Below, in pieces: positions 9,176-17,600 of a stretch of 32,000 nt of DNA. The number at the start of each line of letters is the position of its first letter. The first letter of the stretch is position 1. Under the pieces are notes generated by a model. That model was not told the origin of the DNA and did no database searches. It saw only the letters and a program-made list of their open reading frames with translations. The DNA is taken from contig JAWBCC010000001.1 in assembly GCA_038823825.1 (NCBI GenBank), forward strand, positions 390,001 to 422,000. Reading direction: 5' to 3'. The stretch is from Candidatus Hadarchaeales archaeon (lineage in GTDB: Archaea; Hadarchaeota; Hadarchaeia; Hadarchaeales; Hadarchaeaceae). The translations under genes were made by a program, and so were the position numbers.

Positions 9176-10262
9176 TGGGGAACTTTTCGAGATTCTCCAA
9201 GTTGCTTTACAAAATGAACAACTAACTGAAAAAGAGATATGTAGATTACTGCTCTCCGAACCTGAAGAACTCCCAACGATTGCCTTGATTGCAGACTACA
9301 AAAGGTGGCTGGAGGTCGGAGACATCGTCACCTATGTGAGAAATAGAAACATAAATTTCACGAATATCTGCATCGGTTCATGTATGTTTTGCGGATTCCG
9401 CAGGGATAAAGATGACGAAGACGCTTATGTCCTCTCTCCGGAAGAAATAGCGAGAAAAACAGCTGAAGCAGTTTGGGCGGGGGCTACAGAAGTGTGTTTG
9501 CAGGGCGGTCTGCATCCAGATTTCGGACTTTCAGATTATCTGAAAATTCTCGATTCTGTAAGGTCCGTTTCAAAAAGTATTCATATTCATGCTTTTTCCC
9601 CCGAGGAAATCGAGCATATTTGCCGGCAGGAGGGGATGGATGTCTTTGAAGTTTTGTGTGCCCTCAGGGAGCATGGACTTGACTCCGTCCCAGGAACTGC
9701 AGCGGAGATTCTTTCGGACAACGTGAGAGAGAAAATATGTCCGCGCAAGGTGAGGACGAAGAGATGGACAGAAATCGTTAAGGCATGCCATTCTTTAGGA
9801 ATACCGACAACCTCGACAATCATGTATGGAACGATCGAAACATACAGAGAACGCGCAAAACACCTGCTGCTGATTAGAAAAATCCAAGAAGAGACCAGTG
9901 GGTTCACGGAATTCGTTTTATTACCGTTTGTGTCTTCACGAACGCCACTTGGAAAAGCCGGTTTGCGTTCTCCAAGTATGAGCGAGAACATAAAAATGCA
10001 TGCAGTCGCTAGGCTTGTCCTAGGCGATGTTCTTAAAAATATCCAGACTTCTTACGTGAAGCTTGGACTAGAAGGAGCAAAAGCTGCTCTGATGGCTGGG
10101 GCCAACGATCTGGGAGGAACACTCATGGAGGAGAATATAACGAGTGCTGCCGGAGGTAACGTACGTTGCATGAAAGCTGAGGAGCTTGAGGAACTGGCAC
10201 GTGCTGTTGGGAGGATACCTGCAGAAAGAACCACTACATATAGGTTGATACGAATTTGTTAG
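9132..10262 (+). CDS. cofH: 5-amino-6-(D-ribitylamino)uracil--L-tyrosine 4-hydroxyphenyl transferase CofH (TTG start)
   Basis: Radical SAM CIGSCMFCGFRRDKDDEDAY; LQGGLHPDFGLSDYL; GTAAEILSDNVREKICP; 44-nt overlap with cofG; GGAGGTG upstream of TTG 9132. Confidence 0.95.
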   Translation: MSEVCLMKPVTEQVDGELFEILQVALQNEQLTEKEICRLLLSEPEELPTIALIADYKRWLEVGDIVTYVRNRNINFTNICIGSCMFCGFRRDKDDEDAYVLSPEEIARKTAEAVWAGATEVCLQGGLHPDFGLSDYLKILDSVRSVSKSIHIHAFSPEEIEHICRQEGMDVFEVLCALREHGLDSVPGTAAEILSDNVREKICPRKVRTKRWTEIVKACHSLGIPTTSTIMYGTIETYRERAKHLLLIRKIQEETSGFTEFVLLPFVSSRTPLGKAGLRSPSMSENIKMHAVARLVLGDVLKNIQTSYVKLGLEGAKAALMAGANDLGGTLMEENITSAAGGNVRCMKAEELEELARAVGRIPAERTTTYRLIRIC

Positions 10263-10276
10263 GAATAATCTTTCAG

Positions 10277-11311
10277 ATGGCAGAGACTATCCAAGAAGCT
10301 TTACTATATGAACAGTTGGAAGAGAAAAACGTTCGCTGTGGAGTATGCGAGAGACGCTGTTTCATTTCTCCAAATCAGCTTGGCTTTTGCAAAACCAGAA
10401 AAAATATAGGTGGAAAGTTATACACGTTGATCTACGGCGACATTTCATCGATGTCTGCAAATCCAATAGAGAAAAAACCTTTTTATCACTTCTGGCCTGG
10501 GAGCAAAGCCCTGACCGTTGGGAGTTGGAGTTGCAATTTCACTTGCCCCTGGTGTCAGAACTGGAGCATAAGCAAGTTTCCTCCTGAACCGGATAAGGCA
10601 AACTACATAAGTCCAGGAAAGTTCGTTGAGCTGGCGATCAAAAAAGGATGTCGAGGAACTAGCATATCTTTCAACGAGCCCACACTTATGCTAGAGTGGT
10701 CTCTTGACGTCTTCAGACTTGCACGCAAAAAGGGACTGTATAACACATTTGTTTCGAACGGTTACATGACCGTTGAAGCTCTCAAAATGCTTGTCGAGGC
10801 CGGTCTCGATGCGATGAATGTGGACGTTAAAGGGGATGAACGGACGGTCAGAGAATATTGCGGAGCAGATGTGGAAATCGTCTGGCGAAATATCAGAGAA
10901 GCAAAAAAGCTTGGAATTCACGTCGAAATCGTAAATCTGGTCATACCTGGCGTAAACGACGGAGAAGATCAGCTGAGAAATCTCGTGAAAAGATGTCTGC
11001 GCGAGGCAGGGGAGGAAACCCCAATTCATTTCACGGCATACTATCCGGCTTTTAGATTTGATGCTCCCCCCACTCCCGTTTCAAAACTAGAAATGGCTCA
11101 TAACTTGGCCATGGAGGAAGGAATGATGTATGCATACGTTGGAAATATCCCGGGGCACCCATTTGAGAATACTTATTGTCCAGCCTGCGGACGTGTTCTC
11201 ATAAGAAGATTCGGTTTTGAGGTTTTGGAGGTAAATTTGATAGGAAAGAGATGTGAATTTTGCGGAGAAGAAGTGCTTCTGATAGGTGAGGCAAAATGTT
11301 CTTCCATGTGA
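10277..11311 (+). CDS. AmmeMemoRadiSam-system-type radical SAM enzyme
   Basis: MAETIQEALLYEQLEEKNVRCGVCERRCFISPNQLGFCKTRKNIGG..., radical SAM CNFTCPWCQN; NEPTLMLEW. Confidence 0.88.
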   Translation: MAETIQEALLYEQLEEKNVRCGVCERRCFISPNQLGFCKTRKNIGGKLYTLIYGDISSMSANPIEKKPFYHFWPGSKALTVGSWSCNFTCPWCQNWSISKFPPEPDKANYISPGKFVELAIKKGCRGTSISFNEPTLMLEWSLDVFRLARKKGLYNTFVSNGYMTVEALKMLVEAGLDAMNVDVKGDERTVREYCGADVEIVWRNIREAKKLGIHVEIVNLVIPGVNDGEDQLRNLVKRCLREAGEETPIHFTAYYPAFRFDAPPTPVSKLEMAHNLAMEEGMMYAYVGNIPGHPFENTYCPACGRVLIRRFGFEVLEVNLIGKRCEFCGEEVLLIGEAKCSSM

Positions 11312-12405
11312 TAATGACGACTCATTGTAATCTCATGTGTAGATATTGCTATGGAGAGGCCGTAAACGATTTTTCCGAAACGGGTGAAGATTTTGACGTT
11401 CTTCTGCCGGAAAGAATAGCATACGATGTTGGTGAGCTTGCTTCCTTCTGCTCGAAAGATCCTGATTGTTCAATTATTTTCTACGGTGGGGAGCCATTGC
11501 TCGAAGCCGAAAAGATTGAAGAAATCATAGAGAAAGTTCCAGCACGCAGATTTCTGATCCAAACAAATGGCACCCTTCTTCACCGGCTCGGGAAAAATTA
11601 TTTTGCAAAACTCCACACGATCGCCGTTTCGGTGGACGGGAAAGAAGAAACCACCGATATGAACAGGGGTGATGGAACTTTTAGGAGAGTTGTGAAGAAT
11701 CTGAAATATGTTGCGAAGAGTGGTTTTGAAGGAGAAATAATTGCCAGAATGACGGTAATGGAGCCGATGGACATTTTCGAGGAGGTAAGATGGCTTCTCA
11801 ACAATCAGGAGTTTTCTTTCTCCGCTGTTCACTGGCAGCTAAACGCTGGTTTCTGGAATGACTTTGAAAAAAGGAATTTCAAAGTTTGGGTAGAAGAAAA
11901 GTATAATCCTGGCGTGAGAAAACTCGTGGAATGGTGGACAGAAGAGATCTGGCACGGCAGAGTTCATAAAATTTATCCCTTCCTCGGCGTTTTGAAATCC
12001 TTATTTGCAGGCGGTGCTGGAGGGTTGAGATGCGGTGCTGGCTGGGCAAACTATGCCATACAGACAGATGGACATATAATTCCGTGCCCGAGCATGTGGG
12101 GAATGCGAAGATTTTATCTAGGACACATTACACAAAGCCATCCGCTAAACCTAGAAAAAATAAAAACAACAGATTTCTGCGAGGACTGCGAAATTTTCGC
12201 CTTCTGCGGTGGGAGATGTCTCTACGCCAACGTGATGAAGAGATGGTCACGGGAAGCATACCGGATTGTGTGCGGAACTGTGAAAAATCTAGTAAACGCG
12301 CTGAGATGTGTTCTGCCAAAAATTGAGAAAGCTTTGCAGATGAATATCGTAAAACCTGAAGATTTTAATTTCCTAGAGTTTAACGGATGCGAAATCATTC
12401 CGTAA
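11296..12405 (+). CDS. Radical SAM/SPASM-like protein, putative peptide-modifying enzyme (resembles AF1577 family)
   Basis: N-terminal MTTHCNLMCRYCYGEA, FYGGEPLL, IQTNGTLL; C-terminal Cys cluster CGAGWANYAIQTDGHIIPCPSMWG...FCEDCEIFAFCGGRCLYAN...C. Confidence 0.8.
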   Translation: MFFHVIMTTHCNLMCRYCYGEAVNDFSETGEDFDVLLPERIAYDVGELASFCSKDPDCSIIFYGGEPLLEAEKIEEIIEKVPARRFLIQTNGTLLHRLGKNYFAKLHTIAVSVDGKEETTDMNRGDGTFRRVVKNLKYVAKSGFEGEIIARMTVMEPMDIFEEVRWLLNNQEFSFSAVHWQLNAGFWNDFEKRNFKVWVEEKYNPGVRKLVEWWTEEIWHGRVHKIYPFLGVLKSLFAGGAGGLRCGAGWANYAIQTDGHIIPCPSMWGMRRFYLGHITQSHPLNLEKIKTTDFCEDCEIFAFCGGRCLYANVMKRWSREAYRIVCGTVKNLVNALRCVLPKIEKALQMNIVKPEDFNFLEFNGCEIIP

Positions 12406-12437
12406 AATCTAAAATCTTGCACGGATAGTTAAACACG

Positions 12438-12515
12438 GGGCCGGTAGCTCAGCCTGGTATGAGCACTCGCTTCGCAAGCGAGGGGTCGCGGGTTCAAATC
12501 CCGCCCGGTCCACCA
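12438..12515 (+). tRNA. tRNA-Ala(CGC)
   Basis: GGGCCGGTAGCTCAGCCTGGTATGAGCACTCGCTTCGCAAGCGAGGGGTCGCGGGTTCAAATCCCGCCCGGTCCACCA; G3:T70 wobble identity pair; anticodon loop TTCGCAA; encoded CCA. Confidence 0.96.
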
Positions 12516-12672
12516 AATCATTTTTGGATATTCACCGGACTTCTGTGTTTTGTTGAATAAAAAAGGATTTAAGTATGCTAAAAATGTTTCAGCGCAAACT
12601 TAACAAAAACGGGAACAGTAGGCTTTTAACATTATTTTCTACCAAAGCGTATTTCGTGATCAGAAATATGCT

Positions 12673-13908
12673 TCACCCTTCCCAATCTAGGAGTCGCTTT
12701 TCGCCTTCTATCCTCTTCAAGTCTGTTATGTCTTGGGAAACCTCCATTGTTCCCAAATATTTGCCATCCTTGTCTCTCAATGCGAAATATCTTATGTGAA
12801 TTAAGCGATCGCCCTTTTTTATCCAGAATTCTGCCACGTCTTTTTCACCCTTCCTGAAGGCCTCTAGGATTCTGTTAACCACATGAATGCTTTTTTGCGG
12901 ATGACAAAGTTGCACTTTTCTGCCTAGAATAGCCTTTGTTCTTACAAATATGCGTTTTTCTGCTCTATTAAAATATTTGACAGCATCATTCTTGTCTACG
13001 AAGGTTATATCCACTGGCAGGGTGTTTAAAATAGCCTCTGCTTCCTCTTTTGTTAATGTCCCAGTTTCAAATTGTAATTCGCCCTGTTGTATAGATTCAG
13101 CTACAGCTATTGGTTTTTCAACAATTTTGACTGACTTGGCTATTGAGTATTCTGGAGTGAAGCAGCAATATCCAATTTCGTCAAAGTCAGCTTTTATAGT
13201 GGTCCACTCTTGTTCCGTGATGATGCGTAGAGCCGTCGGAAATAGGATGTTGTTTTCCTTGAAAATATGGCTGTTTAGAGCGCTGTCTATGGCGTTAGCT
13301 AGTTCACAGAGCTGCCTCCCAAAATCCAAGAAGCTCATTTTTGAGGCGCTTTCGACCAAGGCCTTAAGCTGCTTTTTCTTTTCTCTAAGCTGGTTGTGTT
13401 CCATCCACATTATGGCTGGCGGTTCACTTATTCCATGTTTCTCCAAAACTGGGAAAAGAGCGTTCTCCTCACGTAAATAATGTTTTTCGGCATCTGAAAA
13501 CTCATCTGCAACATGTCTCAACTGTGAAAATTCTTCGGTTACCTCATCTAAACTTTCTGCTCTTTGCATTTTTTCAGCTAAAAATCCAAGCTTTTGGGAT
13601 ATTTGCTGAAGCATTCTGTGCTCCTCTAGTAAGATGCCAATGGGACTGGCTGGAGCCGCCTCAATCTTTTGCTTTTCCAATTGTTCCTTGAAGACTGCTA
13701 AGTGAACATCGCATAACCTTTGAAGTTCCTCTCTCGATACACCCTCACTTAAGAGTTCTTGTTCAACTTTGACTATCTCAAACGGGTCTGCTCCCTCCAG
13801 TATCTGTTTAAATTTCTCCTTAACCTCCTGCAAAGACGCACCAGCATGCAGTTGCCCAATAATCTCCTTCAGAAGCCTTCTCCTATCTTTCTCAGGGACT
13901 CCACCCAA
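12673..13908 (-). CDS. DUF438 + hemerythrin-like (HHE) + PAS sensor-type protein
   Basis: N-terminal GASLQEVKEKFKQIL...DPFEIVKVEQELLSEG (DUF438-like); EEHRMLQQ, HYLREENALFPVLEKHG, MEHNQLREKKKQ, HIFKENNILFPTA (hemerythrin-like ligands); C-terminal PAS (VDITFVDKNDAVKYFNRAEKRIF). Confidence 0.85.
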   Translation of the reverse strand: MGGVPEKDRRRLLKEIIGQLHAGASLQEVKEKFKQILEGADPFEIVKVEQELLSEGVSREELQRLCDVHLAVFKEQLEKQKIEAAPASPIGILLEEHRMLQQISQKLGFLAEKMQRAESLDEVTEEFSQLRHVADEFSDAEKHYLREENALFPVLEKHGISEPPAIMWMEHNQLREKKKQLKALVESASKMSFLDFGRQLCELANAIDSALNSHIFKENNILFPTALRIITEQEWTTIKADFDEIGYCCFTPEYSIAKSVKIVEKPIAVAESIQQGELQFETGTLTKEEAEAILNTLPVDITFVDKNDAVKYFNRAEKRIFVRTKAILGRKVQLCHPQKSIHVVNRILEAFRKGEKDVAEFWIKKGDRLIHIRYFALRDKDGKYLGTMEVSQDITDLKRIEGEKRLLDWEG

Positions 13909-14174
13909 CGAACATCCCTTTTCATATTTTCATTTTAAGTTTTAAAAACAGTTCGTATCTTTCAAGACATTTCTATTTATTTTTTGAAGTCATGATCGGA
14001 GAAAGCCGATAGACCAAGATGTCGGAATCTTTTTGAAAATCTATCCTAGCTTTTTCAGGATCTTGCTGCATACCTATATGAAGAAAAAATTGCCCCACGC
14101 TGAAAATTTAAGAACTGTGAGGACTGAAGCACATGGTAAAAACCATCTGGAGAGGGGAATCTAATTCCAAGAAT

Positions 14175-14543
14175 TTAATCAATGCCAATTCTCGCTGTAA
14201 GTTTTATGAGAAGGAAGACTACCAGCATAACGATCAAGAAGGTTATCAGAGCACCGGCAAAGTGTCCGACTCTGAAAGGCCCGAGAGTTATCGTTTCCCA
14301 CTCAGCTCCGGGAACCGCGATTTCGATGACTGGCATTATGAAATCCGCAACGAGCGCTTGCACAAGAGCACCCACATATAGACCGATCACAAACGCCACC
14401 GCCAGTCCGAGAATTTTGTATTTTGAAACGAAATTTATGAACTCGGCTTTGAAGCCCTTCGGTGGAGGAGGCGGTGGTTTTGGTTCTAGGAGCGCCCTTA
14501 TCCGCCTGAGCTCTTCTAAGATTTCGTCATCCTTTTTAGACAT
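14175..14543 (-). CDS. mscL: Large-conductance mechanosensitive channel MscL-like
   Basis: FKAEFINFVSKYKILGLAVAFVIGLYVGALVQALVADFIMPVI..., second TM ALITFLIVMLVVFLLIKL; 122 aa. Confidence 0.82.
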   Translation of the reverse strand: MSKKDDEILEELRRIRALLEPKPPPPPPKGFKAEFINFVSKYKILGLAVAFVIGLYVGALVQALVADFIMPVIEIAVPGAEWETITLGPFRVGHFAGALITFLIVMLVVFLLIKLTARIGID

Positions 14544-14553
14544 TCAAAATAAA

Positions 14554-14567
14554 ATTCTTCAAGAGAT
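14554..14567 (-). promoter_or_regulatory. Candidate archaeal TATA box upstream of mscL
   Basis: GATTTATATCTC on minus strand shortly upstream of the ATG at 14543. Confidence 0.45.
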
Positions 14568-14626
14568 ATAAATCTCGTGCTACGGAAACCTAAATCATGA
14601 TTTTATTTACTTTGTCTATGAAAACA

Positions 14627-17600
14627 TTAACGTGTAAGTTCAGCCTTGTTTGAGCTCGCGTTTTTTCGTCTTCTTCTCCAAACGAATATCATGAATAAAA
14701 CAAAGATAATCACAGAAACTAGCGCAACCCATAAAATCCAGACAGGAATCTTCACAGGTCTGGACAAAATTACATCAAAAACGCCCGGTAGTTCACCGAT
14801 TACAACTTTCCCAACAAGTTCGTTCTCTGGAGCTTTGAGATACACTGTTCTCCCGAAAAGTTCCCAATTTTCTACTTCGATTTCTCCTCTTTCGTCTGTT
14901 CTTCCAAGATAGTTTATCTCTCTTCCTTCTTCAAAACCAAAGTATATTTCAACATTGGAAGCGAGGACATTATCTACACGGAAAACAAACCTGATCGGCG
15001 AGTATACCTTAATTGTCAACTGATTCTCGCTTCTGGAATACATAATATCGCCTGGGAACAAAGCGGTCACAGTAACCGTTAACACATTTTCTGTAATTCT
15101 CGGGACTACCAGAATGACTTTGGATTGTCCGTTCCTATCCGTTGTGTCCGCTTCTTTTGAGAGGATACCATGAGTTGTGCGCCATACTATCAACCTGTTT
15201 GCAAGCGGGACTCCGTTCTCGTTCATAAGGGTGGCTGTGAGCTCCACAGATTTTCCGAACCAAGTACGAGGAACCGCTGAAATAGTCAGGAAAGATGGTG
15301 GAAGTTGCGGGAAAATATATCCTAATGAAACGGCTTGGCTGGGGGAATAGTTCTCGTCACCAGGGAAATAAGCGGTTATCATTGTGTTTTCTTGTGTTAA
15401 CACGCGCGGCGCACGATAGGTTACATAGGCATTTCCAGCATTATCCGTGTTTGTTAAATTTTCTAAGAGGGTTCCTAGAGTTGTGCTCCAAATGATTGGT
15501 TTACCCGGAAGGGGATTTCCGTCTTGATCTACGAGCGTAGTGGTCAATAGAATACTCTCTTCCGAAGATATCGAAAATTCAAGTGGATATATCGCCAATC
15601 TTGTTTTTATACGAGAGAGCACGAGACCTGTGGAGGTTCCGATACTTCCATAATATTGAGACGTTTCCGTAAATGTCGCCATAATAAATACATACACATT
15701 TTCGTCAACTACGGGCGCAGTATAAACGGTTGTTGTCCTACCGTTTTCATCCGTCCGCCCACTCGAGGGATTGAAGGTTCCTAGGTTGTGATTCTCTAAC
15801 CAGGTTATAACCATTCCCTGAAGAGGTCTACCAAGCTCGTCGCGCAAAGTAGCCGTTAAGGTTAAGGATCTTCCACTAAAAATTTCGAAAGCGCTGGGAT
15901 CTATTGAGAGTGTCGTTGATAGCTTGGTTGGAGGCGGAGGCGGCGGTGGGGTCGGAGTTATTTTCTGGATGTTTCCCCAGACGACCTCGGATTCATTCAG
16001 GGCATAGTCGCGCACTTGCCCATAAACAGTTTTCAATCCATCCCCGGGACTGAGTTGCCATGTCTTCGTTGTGGAGTAATCCTCCCAGCTGCTCCAATTT
16101 TCTCCTTCATTTCTAAAACGCATCTGCCAGACTCCACTCAGCGCATCACTTGCGATGATCGTGATGGTCACGGTGGAAGAAGTTGTTTCAGCCGCACCTC
16201 CGTTTATGAGGAAAGATATTATCTGCGGAGGAGTTGTGTCCACTGTAAGTCTCTGGGTAGATGACCATCCGCCATCGTTTCCGGCATTGTCCCTGGCTCT
16301 CACCCTCCAGTAGTATACACCGTCCGGAAGGACTGGAGTTATTACGCTGGAAGTACCTGTTGTTGACCAGACCGTAAGGGTTGTTGTAAATGCGAGTGGG
16401 GCTGTGAACGTGTTCTCGTTGTCAACCTCGATCGTGTATACAACGGGCAAGGAGTTCTCGAAGACGTTGTTCCAGACCAAGGTCGGCGTGTTATCGTTCG
16501 TGTTCTCCCCATCGGACGGCGAGACTAGGGTAGGTGCAGCTGGTGGAATCGTATCTACTCTGAAACTCCAGACACCTGACCATCCACCCTCATTTCCTGC
16601 ATTGTCTCTAGCTCTCACCCTCCAGTACCAGACTCCATCGGAAAGATTAGGTGTGGTCCAGTTGTTGTCAGTTATCCAGCCGGAGCTTGCGTTCTCGTAC
16701 GGGAATGCTGAGTTATCACTCACTGCGGCGTAATACTCAACGGGCAGGGAGGCATCTACCACATTCTCCCAGAGAAGGGTTGGTGTGTCGTCATTGATGT
16801 TTTCTCCATCCACTGGAGAGATTAGTATCGGAATCCTCACGTATGTGTCAACGTCTATCATATCAAGCGCACGGTAGGGAACTTGTGTGTTACCTGCCAG
16901 ATCTCTGGCATTCTCAACGACGATGTCAACACCTAGGACCTCCTCATCAACATCGGCTATATCATAGGTTGCCACGTAGATCGTAGGCGATATCCACGCT
17001 CCGGAGACCGGGGTTAGTGTTCCGGATGATACTATGTCGGGATCGAACGCTATATCGGGAGCAACAGAAGCATCCATATTCTCACTGTACGTTATCGTTA
17101 TAACCAGAGTTCCTCCATTATCGGATTCCGTTATAAGGTTGTCGCTTATGGTGATGCCAACAACATAGGGAGCAACGGTGTCGATTCTGAAGCTCCAGAC
17201 ACCTGACCAATCGCCTTCGTTTCCAGCATTGTCCCTAGCTCTCACCCTCCAGTAGTATACACCGTCCGGAAGGACGGAGGTCGTGACGCTAGAGGTTCCG
17301 GTTGTTGACCAGTTCTCAACGGTCGTCGTGAAAACGAGTGGGGCAGAGAACGTGTTCTCGTTGTCAACCTCTATCGTGTAGACGATCGGTAGGGAGTTCT
17401 CAAAGACGTTGTTCCATACGAGAGTGGGTGTATTGTCGTTCGTGTTTTCGCCGTTCACTGGAAAGACCAGAGTCGGGCCTTCGGGCGGAACTGTGTCAAC
17501 CCTGAAGAATCTAATCTGGCTCCATTCTCCCGTGTTACCCGCACCATCAGTTGCATAAACAAACCAACAGTAAAGATTGTCCGGTAGTTGCATGCTCACC

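Noticed and set aside
12575-12799. Plus-strand 74-aa ORF after tRNA-Ala, considered as a precursor peptide for the upstream radical SAM enzyme
   Set aside because: Mostly antisense to the DUF438 gene, no clear SD, and the peptide lacks a convincing leader/core pattern.
14078-14128. C/D-box-like sRNA signal (ATGAAGA...CTGA...TGTGAGGA-CTGA)
   Set aside because: Boxes are imperfect and the last C'/D pair has no guide-length spacer; not enough to call a C/D sRNA.
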